This document shows, one piece after another, positions 11,993 through 24,418 of a stretch of DNA of 64,000 nucleotides (its first letter is position 1; each line of letters opens with the position of its first letter). Source of the stretch: Torpedo marmorata (Eukaryota); the NCBI GenBank assembly GCA_977017645.1, contig OZ360221.1:11966001-12030000 (forward strand), read 5' to 3'. The notes under the pieces were generated by a model. It had not been told where the DNA came from. It saw only the letters and a program-made list of their open reading frames with translations, and searched no databases. The translations under genes were made by a program, and so were the position numbers.

Positions 11993-13289
11993 TACATCTT
12001 GGCTATTTAGAGGTAAACAAGAAAATTTACGCATTGGCTATATTTTTCAGTTTGATGTTGTCTAAGGTACACTTCAGATGAGGGGAGGTTTAACTTCAAT
12101 TCAATTACTAGTTCTCAACAACCTGCTTTATCCTGTCATCTCAGCCGAATAGACTTTTTTTCTTGCCCCCAGGTTGGAGAACTTGAGTTGAGAAGGACTA
12201 TGAGCCCAGACAATCTCACAACTCAAATGGCTTTTTTTAAAATTTGATGGCACATTGAACTCCATGTGCTGTGCTAGATGTCTGCAAGAGCTCCTCACTT
12301 TGTGTCACTTCCCTACTTTCCTTCTACTACTTTGAGTTCTGAATCTCTCTTCTTAATTTGTGAACAAATCTGGGAGTGACAGAGTTTCTCTGCGCCACCA
12401 TGGTTTATTCTTTAGATTATTTAAACGTCTGTCTTGTATTCTTGGCTTCAATCCAGATGATGTGGTGGTGATCACACCTCTGAAACACCCGCAAAAATGG
12501 GTCAGAGCGATGGAGTTGGTTTGAAACTTTGCAATAAAACCCAAGAAGTGACTATAGCTTCTGCAGAAAGGGCAGAAGACGGGTAGTTCAGCACATTCAT
12601 TATTTTAGGGGACTGATTGTGTATTCACATTGCACAATCCCACTGTTGATTATAATTTTGCAGGCTACCCGGTATCTGTAGTGATCGTATCTCAAACTCT
12701 TATCTAATGCTTCAACATTAAAGAATCCTCTATTTTTTTTTAAAGCAAGCACAAAATGGAGCTTGCGTGAGTTGCCAATCCCTTCCTGGGTTGGAGGAGG
12801 TTTGCTAATTCAGCACATTTTTTTAAGCATTTGATCTCCTACTGAACCATATCAGTTTATGGCACAAGTGATCCATCATCGTACCTATGTTGGGTGATCA
12901 TGCTATCTTCTTGTTGCTGTTGTCTGTTTTTTGGCTGAACTAGCCCTGATTTACTGAACGTTTGTAAAAGCACTCTTTCAACCAGCTTGCACAATTCAAG
13001 AAAGAGTCTTGAAAACTAATGGTAGGAATTTGACAACGTTTAATAGTGAAATTCTACTTTGTATTATAATGAAAACATGATCTGAGTAATTATCCTGACA
13101 TTTTTTTAAATCTATCACATCCAGTCAACAAATATTACAGGAGATGATGTATGATTTGTAGTCGATGTGCTTGTTTTGTTCTACGTGGAATAACTGCTTA
13201 GTTGTATTGAGGGCAAAGGGAGTGAGAAAAAGATCTGCTTTATTTCAACTTTTCTGTGTTTCTTTCTGCTGTCCCATATTCCTGAAATG

Positions 13290-13665
13290 TAAGACCACAA
13301 GGTATAGGCTATTCAGCCCATCGAGTCTGCCCTGCCATTTAATCATGAGCTGATCCATTTTCCCACTCAGCCCCACTGCCCGGCCTTCTCCCCATAACCT
13401 TTGATGCCCTAGCTAATCAATAACCTATCAATCTCTGCCTTAAATATACCCAATGGCGTGGCCTCCATAACTGCCTGTGGCAAAAATTCCACAGATTCAA
13501 CCACCCGCTGGCTGAAGAAATTCCTCCACATCTCTGTTCTAAACAGACACCCTTCAATCCTGAAGTTTAACACAGAACATAAACACTACAGCACAGTAAG
13601 TTATGCCCTCTTGTCCTAGACTCTCCCACCCTGGGAAACAACATTTCTACATCTACTCTGTGGAA
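13290..13665 (-). mobile_element. CR1/HER1 3' fragment
   Basis: RVDVEMLFPRVGESRTRGHN remnant and tail. Confidence 0.85.
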
Positions 13666-13984
13666 AGCAAGTTTTTCTCTTGTTTTCCCAGTGTTCTGAG
13701 GGTTCAAGGAGTAGCTGTTGTTGGAGGAGCCTGGGGAGTGAAATATAAAATAATAAGTAAAATCAGATAAGGTGGGAGCTACCATGCAGTGAGGAAGAGG
13801 AGTCTGCAACTTAGGATATGTTCTTTACTTTGTTCGAATGGGCAATAAAATCCTGGAGGCTGTCTCCTTCCAGGTGTGCAGAATGATGTGAGGGAAAATA
13901 GACTAGGTAGTGGGGAGAAACAATGCGATTACCAGAGCAGCTACTATTAAATCAAAGCTCATCCACTGATTTCGGTTAGACCAC

Positions 13985-14835
13985 TCCCCACTGTCCCTCT
14001 CTTCCCTATCCCTCTGTCTCCTTTCCTCCAATTCTCCACCCCCTGCCCTCTCTATTCACAGAGCTAACCCCCCCTCCCCGTTTTCTCGTGCTCTCCCTCC
14101 CTTATCAACCTTTTGCCTGTGGGCCTGTGCTCCGCCCCCTCCCCCCACCTCCATTTTATTCAGGGGCCTGCCTACATTTTGCTCAGTCCTTAATAAAAGG
14201 TTCAGGCCCGAAATGTTGTTTATGTATCTCTTATGACTTTTACACAGCCGCTGCGTAACGGGAAATTCTCGCAAAATTCCCGCAACGCTGGCTGTGTAAA
14301 AAGGTCGGGATGGAAATTAGTAACTAATTTCCATCCCGACATTTTTCCTGCAGCAGCCCTAGACATTTTTGCGGACTGCCTGCAGTCTAAACTGAACTGC
14401 AGGCGGTCCGCAACAATGGGCTGATGAATACGACGTACCTGATGACGCGTTAAGCTCGCGACCTGCAACGCAGGATTTTTAAATGTGCAGCAAGCCAAGG
14501 AGACACTAGGCTTTTTTGGACGCAGGTTAATGACGTCATTGACGACGTCGAAGTAGTGACGCTGTGCGTCAAACGTAGGTTGTACGCCCAAGTCGACGTC
14601 GACCCACGTCCACCCTCCGAAATCACCGCAACGCAGGAAGTTAGTGTAAACGTCCTTCCTGTGTGAACGGCCACTCCGGAGGGTAAGTATGCAAATTGAT
14701 GATGGGAAATTCTCGGTACTTCTGTCTAAAAACCACATATCTTTGCTATATAAAGTACACTGTTTGACCTGCTGAGTTTCTCCAGCATTCTGTTTTCACT
14801 TCAATCTCTGCGTCTGCAGACTTTTGTGTTTCACT
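13985..14835 (+). mobile_element. Penelope-like element 3' region/pLTR (interrupted by a MITE)
   Basis: C/T-rich 3' region, AAGG.TCAGGCCCGAAA motif and GACCTGCTGAGTTTCTCCAGCATT..GTGTTTCACT end, as in the coding Penelope copy at 59262-60050. Confidence 0.7.
14232..14736. mobile_element. CpG-rich palindromic MITE (PIF/Harbinger-like)
   Basis: Ends GACTTTTACACAG / CTGTCTAAAAACCAC, TWA-like flanks and internal perfect palindromes. It interrupts the Penelope pLTR. Confidence 0.55.
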
Positions 14836-15364
14836 CATCCAGTGACTTAGGTCATCTGTCAACTGCTGCTTGATTTGAAATTGGTATACTGATCTAAACT
14901 CTCGAAGCAGGGAAAAATGATTGGCTGTTGTCATCATGAGTGTGGTAAAATGGTGTAAAATTATTGATGTACTTACTTCATTGATACTATCCAATGTAGA
15001 ATGACTGTAGAGCAAGCTTTGTCTGTTGCAGTTTGTCTCTGCTGTTGTTAAAGGTTTGTTTAAAATTCATCTGCTTCAGCAGTTTGGATGAGATGGGCTA
15101 AAAAGTGAGCATTGCCTTTTCAGCACCTCCTTCGACAGCTTGTTGACATTGTTTTGCAAAGTGGGATTTCACCATTGAAGGTTGTCGAATTCCTGTCATT
15201 AGTTTTCGAGTCTCTTTCCAAGACGATAAGTGAAAGCTTGAATTGATACTGGGGACAATGGATCCGAAGTGAGGTCATGATTGCTTCAGTCTCAACTGCT
15301 TAGATCGGCTGACTATACATCACGTGAACTCACCAAGTTCTTTGCCCACTGTCGGGGAATCAAT

Positions 15365-15630
15365 TTTAAGTGGAGAGATTTAATGGGAACCTGAGGGGCA
15401 ACTTTTTACACAGAAGGTGGTGGGTGTATGGAACAAGCTGCCAGAGGAGGTGATGAGGCAGGTACTATTGCAACATTTAAGGAACGTTTGGACGCATACG
15501 TGGATCGGATAGGTTTCGAGGGATATAAGCCAAACGAAGGCAGATGGGACGAGAGAGGGTGGGACATTTTGATCCACAAGCTCAAGTTGGGCCAAAGGGC
15601 ATGTGTCAGTGCTCTGTGACTCTATGATTC
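15365..15630 (+). mobile_element. CR1 3' fragment
   Basis: FTQKVVGVWNKLP..AGTIATFKERLD remnant. Confidence 0.8.
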
Positions 15631-15912
15631 TATTCTTTGAATTTGTGCAAGTGCAGATTGATTCCTGCATGACCAGTTTCTTTTATGAGGAGAGATTAAG
15701 CAGAGTTGGCCGATGAGAGGTTACCTCATTGAACTCCATAAATCCAACTGTCCAGGATCAATCTTGACCTCGTGCTGTGTGAAGTTGTGGTTTTCCCCTT
15801 GTGCTCTGGTTTCCCCTTGCATCCCAAAGGTGAGCTGATTGGTCGGTTAATTGGCTGCTGTAAATTACCCTGAGTGGAGAACCAGTGTGGAGTTGATGGG
15901 CATGTGAGCGAG

Positions 15913-16150
15913 GGCGGCACGGTTGGCGTAGCGGTTAGCGCAATGCTTTTACAGCGCCAGCGATCGGGACTGGACCGGGGTTCGAGTCCCGCGCTGTCTG
16001 TAAGGAGTTTGTACGTTCTCCCGTGTCTGCGTGGGTTTTCTCCGGGTGCTCCAGTTTCCTCCCACCGTTCAAAACATACATGGGGTGTAGGTTAATGGGG
16101 TGTAAATTGGGCGGTACGGACTCGTTGACTGAAATGGCCTGTTACCGTAA
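15913..16150 (+). mobile_element. V-SINE (HE1-like)
   Basis: Full head GGCGGCACGGTTGGCGTAGCGG, core and tail. Confidence 0.88.
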
Positions 16151-16465
16151 TGAAAAAAAAAGATTGGTTACGATAAGGTGTGGGTAAGACTGATGGGAAT
16201 GCTGGGAGCTGGAGCATAGATGCGATGGGTTGAAATATCTCTTGCAACCTCTCTTAAAATGTCTCATAAGAAAATATGAGAAATTAACAACATTTCTAAA
16301 GAGCTTTAACAAGGTCGATGTCGAGTTGGTGTTTCCTTTGACTGTGGAGTCAAGAATTTGTTATCTCAGTCCTGAATGGCTGGCCTCTTAAAATAAGACG
16401 AGGGTGATGCGTCTTTGGAATTTTCTTCTCAAGAGGAAGCTCAGTTTCAGCATATGTAAAACCAG

Positions 16466-17550
16466 AGAACATTATAGCACAGAAAACAGGCCCTTCTAGA
16501 CTGTGACAAACTATTTTTTTGCCTAGCCCCACTGACCTGCACCCAGTCCATATCCCTCCATACCCCTCCCGTCCATGTACCTGTTCAAATTTTTCCTAAA
16601 ATGTTAAAATTGAGCCCGCATTCACCACTTCAGCTGGCAGCTCATTCCACACTCCCACCATAGAACACTACAGCACAGAAACAGGCCTCTTCGTCCCTTC
16701 TAGTCTGTGCCGAACCATTTTTTTTTGCCAGTCCCACTGACCTGCACCTAGTCCATAGCCCTCCATACCTCTCCCATCCATGTACCTGTCCAAATTCTTC
16801 TTAAATGTTAAAATTGAGCCCGCTTTCACCACCTCAGCTGGCAGCTCGTTCCACACTCCCACCACTCTCTGTGTGAAGAAGTTCCCCCTCATGTTCCCCC
16901 TAAACGTTTCCCCTTTTACTCTTAACCCATGTCCTCTAATTTGTATCTCACCTGCCCTCCGTGGAAAAAGCCTATCTGCATTTACTCTGTCTATCCACCT
17001 CATAATTTTAAATACAGTACCTCTATCAAATCTCCCCTCATTCTTCTGCGCTCCAGGGAATAAAGTCCTAACGTGTTTAACCTTTCCCTGTAACTCAGTT
17101 CCTGAAGTCCGGGCAACATCCTAGTAAATCTTCTCTGCTCTCTTTCTATCTTATTGATATCTTTCCTGTAGTTAGGTGAAGAAATATGTGAATAAATTCC
17201 CCCTAATGTTCCCCCTATCAGCCTTAACCTATGTCCTCTGGTTTGTATCTTACCTAACCTCAGTGGAAAAAGCCTACTTGCATCTACTTTGAAGAAGGGC
17301 TCAGGCCCGAAACGTTGGTTATATATCTTTGCCTCCTTTGGACGCTGCGAGACATGCTGAGATCCTCCAGCATTTCTGTGTTTTTACTAGTATCTCGGCG
17401 GCTGCAGACTTTCGTGTTTCACTTTATCAATACCCATCATAATTTTAAATACCTCTATCAAATCTCCCCTCATTCTTCCACACTCCAGGGAATAAAGTCC
17501 TAACCTGTTTAACCTTTCCCTGTAACTAAGTTCCTCAAGTCCTGGCATAC
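16466..17550 (-). mobile_element. Nested CR1 3' fragments plus a Penelope pLTR (17289-17422)
   Basis: Two consecutive tails AGAACAYTAYAGCACAGAAA (16466, 16662), ORF RVNADRLFP..FFTQRVVGVWNELP, and a GAAGAAGGGCTCAGGCCCGAAAC insert. Confidence 0.8.
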
Positions 17551-17754
17551 ATTCAGCAGATTGAGGATTTTTGGCTATGGGGTTAGTGTATGAAAGTAAC
17601 GCTGAAGTCAAAGATCATCATGATCTTACTGAATGACAACGTAGGTACAAAGCGTTGATCGGCCTCCTGATGCTTTTGTTGTGTCGACATGTGAGTACAT
17701 TTGACTCGTGCCTTGGTGTCACATTGGTGGTTCTATTTTATCAGCAGGGTATTT

Positions 17755-18340
17755 ATGCTGCAACTGTACAGGGTACTGGTGAGGCTGCATCTGGAGTACT
17801 GCGTGCAGTTCTGGTCTCCTTACTTGAGGAGAGATATACTGGCCTTGGAGGCAGTGCAGAGGAGGTTCACCGGGTTGATTCCAGAGAAGAGGGGGTTAGC
17901 CTATGAGGAGAGATTGAATCGTCCTGGGACTATACTCGCTGGAATTTAGAAGAATGAGAGGGGATCTTATAGAAACGTATAAAATTATGAAAGGCATAGA
18001 TAAGATAGAGATAGGTTTTTTTTCCCACTGGTGGGGGAGACTAGGACATAGCCTCAAGATTATGGGTAGTAGATTGAGGACAGAGATGAGAAGGAACTGC
18101 TTTTCCCAGAGCGTGGTGAATCTATGGAATTCTCTGCCCATGGACGCAGTGGAGGCGACCTCAGTAAACATTTAAGACAAGATTGGATAGATTTTTGCAT
18201 AGTAGGGGAATTAAGAGATAGGGGACAAAGGCAGGTAGGTGGAGATGAGCCTGTCATCAAATCAGCCACGATCTTAATGAATGGCGGAACAGGCTCAATG
18301 GGCCAAATGGCCCACTCCTGCTCCTATTTCTTATGTTCTT
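17755..18340 (+). mobile_element. CR1 3' fragment
   Basis: LEYCVQFWSPYLRRDILALEAVQRRFT..MRGDLIETYKI. Confidence 0.88.
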
Positions 18341-19293
18341 ATCCCAAGCAGCACTTCTCAGAATCTGCGGACAAAAAAACCCAAGCCTGGTCTTGTAGAA
18401 CAGAGCAGGGTGAGCAAAGCTCTCTTGAAGGTGATACAAGTGTGCTCTCTCAACTGAGCTTAAAAGATCCCGTGGCACTATTTTGCAGAAGAGCTGGTGA
18501 ATTAGGGGCTTCCTCAGCCAGTAGTTGTGAAAACTGCTTTGATATAGAATTTTGTTGTGTGCGAACTGACCTCTTTTTCTTGTATTGTAATAATGACTAT
18601 TCTTCGAAGGTACTTCACTGGATGCAGAGCCATTTTAAAAGGGACACGAGAGATGTTGGATAAGTGCCAGTCTGACATTTTTATAGAATGAAATGTGAAT
18701 CCACAGAGGGTAAAAGGGTTCATTTGGTTTGTTGTGACTGGGCTGGTACTTTAAAAAAAAGAAGCTATTTAGTTCTGTCTCACCAACAGCCTTTCCAAAA
18801 GGCAGTATTTTTCCTTTGGGAAGTTTATTAAATTATCTGTTTATTACCTTTTTAGCGCCTGTGCGTTCCAGATCATCAGTTTGTATCAAAAGGGGAATTT
18901 CAAACTCAAAAGCAAAGCTTCAACCCGTTTGAACTATGCAGAGTGAAACTGTTTTTATTCTTTGATTCGAATCCTGCAAACATTGCTGTGAAATACCTTG
19001 TGAGTTGTGTCTGTTTGTATTTGTTTAAATGTAGAAGTTCCATGTCCTGCTGAACATGATATTGAGGACCTCTGACTGTAGATGGACCTGGCAGTTCAGA
19101 TGTATTGATAACAGGTTCTGTCAATAAGATCCCAAGCAGCACAACGGAGTGTTTTCCCCTAGCTATGTTCGAATCATTCAGATGGTCAGAAAGTGAAGGA
19201 TATCCCGTGTGGGTAGGAGTACTTTCATTCACCTATTTTAACTCTGCAGCATAAAGTGATGAGGAAAATTGCTCCTTTTCCCTGTCTATTTGG

Positions 19294-19545
19294 GCTGGCA
19301 CGGTTAGCGTAGCAGTTAGCGCAACGCTGTTACAGCGCCAGCGATTGGGACCGGGGTACGAATCTGGCGCTGTCTGTAAGGAGTTTGTATGTTCTCCCCG
19401 TGTCTACGTGGGTTTCCTCTGGGTGCTCCGATTTCCTCCTGTCCTTGAATGTACCAGGGGTTGTAGGTCAATTGGGTGTAATTGGGAGGCACGGGCTGGT
19501 GGGCCAGAAGGGCCTGTTATTGTGCTGTAAGTCTAAATTTAAATG
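19294..19545 (+). mobile_element. V-SINE (HE1-like)
   Basis: Same family, with (TAAATT)n tail. Confidence 0.88.
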
Positions 19546-20699
19546 TAAAATTTAAATTTTAAAAATTAAATTTAAATTTAAAGATTTTAATATTTTTAAT
19601 AGAATGTCTTCGCCTGAAATTTAATTCTGATAATAATCTGCAAAATATTTTTTATTGAGCGCACCATGCTTTTGAGAAGCATCCTCGGGAAATCTGGGTA
19701 CGCTTCAACCCAATTACTAATTACTTTTGAGACCCAACAGACTTCAGATGCTGGAATGTGGTGCAGGAAACAAACTGCTGGAAGAACTCAGCGGGTCGAG
19801 CAGCCTCAGTGGAGGTAAAGGGACGGTCAACTTTTTGAATCGATACGGTATATCGACCCCATTTTTGAGATTAAATGCAGTCATCATTTGGTGGAAAAAG
19901 CATGTGCCAGGTGTTGGACAGCAAGATCCCTAGAATTTTAGAGGATATGAAGTCAATGCAAAAAAAAATCCAGTCCAATTAATGTGTTTTTGACGGTGTT
20001 TTATGTAGTTTGACAGGGAAAGGAAGTTTGGAGAACTCCACTCTTAATTTTTGAACTTCCTTGCATCCATTTAAATGGGCCTCCTGGTTTGAATGTTTTT
20101 CTCAATAAGTGACTGCTGATGGTGCCGCACTGAAGGATGTTTGGCCTTGCTAAGTTTAAGATGGTGGTTTAAAATCCATCCATTTTCCGGGAGGGAAGCT
20201 GATGTATTTTGTTTGTGCGCAAAGTGGGCACGTGGTATATGTGCTTTATGCTTAAAATTTCTTCGTGGTTTATACGCGGCTGGCCCAAAGAGATTGTGCA
20301 TCCTTCTCAACCGCAAAACATAACCAGACATTTTTTTTGTTGATTTGAAACCCTATGAAAGGCAGACCAAAAAGCTTGTGAGGAAAGTTAAATTAAAGTG
20401 GGACCCCGATCAATAAAAAATATTCTTCTAAGCGATCTCAAACAGGTTTTTTTTCTGTTAGTTTTGAGTCTCTCTAAATTGCATGCTGAAGGCGTAAATA
20501 AAAATGTTTGCATTTCTAGCACGATTGTCCCTTTCAGAATACTTTCTAGCCAATAAGATACTTTGGGGTATAGTCGATGTTGCGATGTAGGAAACGTGGC
20601 AATAATTTGTGCACAGAAATCTCCCACAATCAGTATTGTGACGATGGTCTGTTTTAGGAACATTGATTGAAGAATTGGTTAAATTTAAATTTTTTAATT

Positions 20700-20953
20700 T
20701 AAATTTAAATTTAGACATACAGCACAGTAACAAGCCCATTCAGCCCAAGAGCCCCTGCCGCCCAATTACACCCAATTGACCTACAACTCCCGGTACGTTT
20801 TGAAGGGTGGGAGGAAGCCAGAGCTCCCGGAGGAAACCCACGCAGACACGGGGAGAACGTACAGACTCCTTACAGCGCGGGATTCGAACCCCTGGTCCTG
20901 GTTGCTGGAGCTGTAAAAGCATTGCGCTAACCGCTACGCTAACCGTGCCACCC
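20700..20953 (-). mobile_element. V-SINE (HE1-like)
   Basis: Reverse complement of the same family. Confidence 0.88.
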
Positions 20954-21841
20954 TTCGTCTTTTTCGAAATAGTACTGTAGGATATTTCAGAAGAGCACAT
21001 TGAGTTTAATACCTTCTCTAAGTCTGCTGACCTATAATCTCAGCCTGGACTTTTATGCTCGAGTTGCCAGAATGGGACATCAACTCAAAAAGCTCTGTCT
21101 CAGACAAGAGTACTGACCCAGAGCTGATTGCTGCATAAATCCCTGCACAGCTTTGCTTCGACACAGCAGTAAAACTTCATCACACTTCAGAGAATGGATT
21201 GCTTTGCTTGCCGTGTCCACTGCACACTCCTAGTTGCACGTGAATTAAGTACTTGTGCACCATCATATTTGCACTAAAGCCGACGTTTTGGATTTTGTTC
21301 AAGGTCGAGTCAAGCTCAGGGTTGCTTCTTGCACCTTGCACTTCGTTCAGAATTGTTCATTACCTGAACTGCTTGTCTGTAGTCATGGTTTGCTACTGTG
21401 TAGAAGGATGGTAGTGGTTCCTAAAGTGTGAGTTGCTGCAGGGTAAACTTGTATATATCTGTACCTCTGATGGACGCTGCAAGACCGGCTGAGTTCCTCC
21501 AGCATTTCAGTGTGTTTTTACTTATGAGGATGGAAAACAGCTTAAGTTATTTGGAGATTTGGGACAGAGATGCTTAAAGTTTTGTGGGCGAGATTAATTG
21601 GAAATGCTCTTTGCGCTACTTTAGCCTCAATGTAAACTCCAAGTTCTGCAGTAGACAGGTTGAAATTTTACACATCTGGGAAAAAGAACTACCATGCTAG
21701 CCCTTAAGTTTCAAAGGCAGCCTCGCGCGTTATTTGTGTGGGAGATTGGACGCAGACAAAGGGAACGTGGGTGCAGGTTAGAGGTAGACAAGAACTGACA
21801 GGTTTCACGAGCCCACGAGAGTGAGGAAAGTTTGTACCTAC

Positions 21842-22333
21842 CATTCTCCTTTGGTTGCTCAGGCAGAAAGTGCAGATCTGTTTGGGCTGGCTGTTCTCGG
21901 TCTCGGTGACCCTGGTGCCGGGGTAGTAGCTGGACGTGCTCGTATGGCAGGGTTGTCCATCGCCAGCTTCTCCCAGCAGCAGCACGTTTCCCAGGTGCGA
22001 GATGTAACTCGAAGCCAGTCGCAGCGTCTCTATTTTGGAGAGTTTCCTGTCAGCGGGCTCGGTGGGGATGAGGGTCCTGAGGGCCGTGAAAGCCGTGTTC
22101 ACACTGTTGGTCCTGTCTCTCTCTCTGGCATTTGCAGCTTGTCTCTGCCTAATGACTCCTGGCACCCTGGCTTTCCTTTTCCTCTTTCCTCCTCCACCAC
22201 CGTAAGGTCCCAGGCTGAAAGATGTTTCTGAGCTCGAGCTCTCACTGTCGAGTTCCTCATCTCCTTCTGACAGCATGCCGATCTCCGGGTAGAGGCAACG
22301 GCTGGGCACCGATCTCAGCATGGCAAAAGACAT
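21842..22333 (-). CDS. scx: Scleraxis-type bHLH transcription factor, coding exon 1 (164 codons, phase-0 GT donor)
   Basis: Translation [97 protein letters not shown] matches SCX-diagnostic residues ([26 protein letters not shown]). Similarity stops exactly at ATG|GTAGGT (donor at 21841-21840), where SCX/TCF15 genes have their intron. Confidence 0.9.
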
Positions 22334-22509
22334 TGGTGCTCAAGCAGGATTTATTCACCCAGAGTGTCTCCCCAGCAGCTTTCTTTTTCTGTCCCTCAAA
22401 ACCCAAAGGTTTAGATCCAATAAAATAAGAGACAATTTTCAAAAATTCATATTTGGGTCACTGTCAGACCCTCTTCCCCCACCAAGATAAATTTCTTTCC
22501 ACTTTAATT

Positions 22510-22682
22510 TGGTTATTTCTTTTTGTGCTTCTCCCTCTCTCTACCTCTTACCTTTCTCTCCCTTTCTCTCTTTCTATCTCTCCCTATATATCTCTATTTC
22601 TCTGTCTCTCTATTTCTCTTTTGCTCTCTCTCTTTCTTGCTCTCCTTTTTCCTCTATATCTTTCTCTCTTTATATCTTTCTC
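22510..22682 (-). repeat. (GA)n-rich polypurine low-complexity tract in predicted scx 5' UTR
   Basis: Imperfect CT/TC repeats on the plus strand between the TATA box and the ATG. Confidence 0.85.
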
Positions 22683-22835
22683 CAAGTGTTTTAGGCTTCG
22701 CTGAGATCAGGTTTTTATAAGTCGGAGGCGGGATTCAGTCAGGGGGCGTTCTAGGGAGATCTCTGTGAAACACTTCTTTCTCTTTTTAACCCTTTACCTG
22801 GGCTTTTCTCAGCCCTGGGGCATTTCACGTGTTTG
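22680..22835 (-). promoter_or_regulatory. Putative scx core promoter
   Basis: TATAAAA on the minus strand (22719-22713), GC-box-like GGAGGCGGGA/GGGGCG (22724-22748) and E-box CACGTG (22826-22831), about 380 bp upstream of the ATG. TSS predicted near 22685. Confidence 0.55.
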
Positions 22836-23294
22836 TAGTTGCTGGCCGTGCCAGGGATGTAGTAAACCAGCATCTTCTATCCTGATCAGAGCCTGAGGAT
22901 TTGGTTTAAATCCATTTTTGCAGCTTGAAAACTTAAGCTTGTGGTTTAAAAAGCTTAAATTGATTCACAGAACTGGATGAGCTACTCTTCAGAGCTGTGT
23001 TTGTTTTCACAAGATGTCTGGTTTAATTCCCGATATTTTTTTAATGTCACTTCTAGTGTAAACGTACCTATAATCAAGTAACACACAGTCCATTCCCATT
23101 CCTGCTTCCTGTACCCTTCAATATCCCACACAGTCTAATTCTAGTCTTTACTTGTCACCAAAATATCCCAACTGGTCTCTTGCTCACTTCCAACCCTTCT
23201 ATGTTTTTTTATTGCACTATCTGCATCTGTGAATATTTATTGATCTAACCTTTTGTACTTTCTCTTTTTCTGTCTTTGCACATTGTGGCAATAT

Positions 23295-23669
23295 AGAACA
23301 TAGAGCATCGAACATTGCAGCACAGTACAGGCCCTTCACCCCACAATGTTGTGCTAACCTATGTAAACCTACTCAATAAACTAAACCTTCCATTCCTCAT
23401 AACCCTCTATTTTTCTTTTATCCATGTGCCTGTCTAAGAGTCTTTTAAGTGTTCCAGTCTCCACCACCATCCCTGGCAATGCATTCCAGGCACCCACAAC
23501 TCTCTGTGTAAAAAAAGCTTACCCCTGATGTCTCCCCTAAACTTTCCTCCTCTCACCTTGTACACATGTCCTCTGGTGTTTGCTACTCTCGCCCTGGGAA
23601 ACAGGCGCTGGCTGTCCACCCTATCTATGCCTCTCATAATCTTGTAGACTTCTATTAAGTCACCTCTCA
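23295..23669 (-). mobile_element. CR1 3' fragment (host of the Helitron)
   Basis: MRGDLIEVYKIMRGIDRVDSQRLFP. Confidence 0.85.
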
Positions 23670-24418
23670 TCTTCTAATATATATTTGTGCATGTATGTCT
23701 GTTTGTCTGTTCTCCGTGCAAATCAATATGGAGCACTCTAGAAATGTCCAAGGAGGTTCAGTAGGGGTAACATTTGATGCTGAATGTCATGACCACATTG
23801 AATTTAACCTTTAAGGTCATATGAAGTTCAAAAGTTCAAAACAAATTGAACTTGCACCAGGGACACCTCAATTAGTGCATCAATGTACATTCAGAATAAA
23901 AACAAGTGGCCAAACCCAGTTCAATATGGGCCCAAAAAAGCGAAGCAACATTGGCAGAAGCTCTTCACAAGCCCGTAGAGTTAGACAAAGGAGAAAGCAA
24001 GAGACAGCAGAGGAGCATTAGTCTCGCCTCACTGTTGATGCTTCCAGACATGCAAGGAGCAGGCAGCAGGAAACAGAACAGCAACACCAGGCCCACCTCA
24101 GTGCTCAGGCCTCCAGACAAACAAGGAGCAGGCAGCAGGAAACTGAGGAACAACGCCAAGCCCGCCTCAGTGCAGATGCCGCCAGGCATTCCATGAGCAG
24201 GCAACAAGAGTCTGCTGAGGAAGAACAAGCAAGACACGCAAACAAAAGCCACCAGCCGAAGGGCAGCACCATTTACTACAGCCAACCTGCTAAATTCTGC
24301 ATTCAATTACTCAGTTGATATTGATTATTCTTCCATTAATGCAGTTGTAATTGGCTCCATGTCAGAGGTATGCCAACATTGTGGAGTAAAGCCCGGGCAA
24401 CGCCGGGTATCCTGCTAG
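23670..24418 (+). mobile_element. Non-autonomous Helitron retaining the RepHel N-terminus
   Basis: 5' TC, 3' hairpin CCCGGGCAACGCCGGG then CTAG, inserted at A^T (host CACCTCTCA^TCCTT) with no TSD. Broken ORF from 23926 has 23-aa ET.EQ...RL repeats and AFNY..IGSMSEVCQHCG. Confidence 0.88.

Noticed and set aside
20388-20475. Candidate scx exon 2 (RLKTNRKKTCLRS..)
   Set aside because: Weak similarity, poor acceptor and no stop after RS.
21821-22231. Antisense 136-aa ORF over scx
   Set aside because: Shadow ORF of a GC-rich exon with a non-ATG start.
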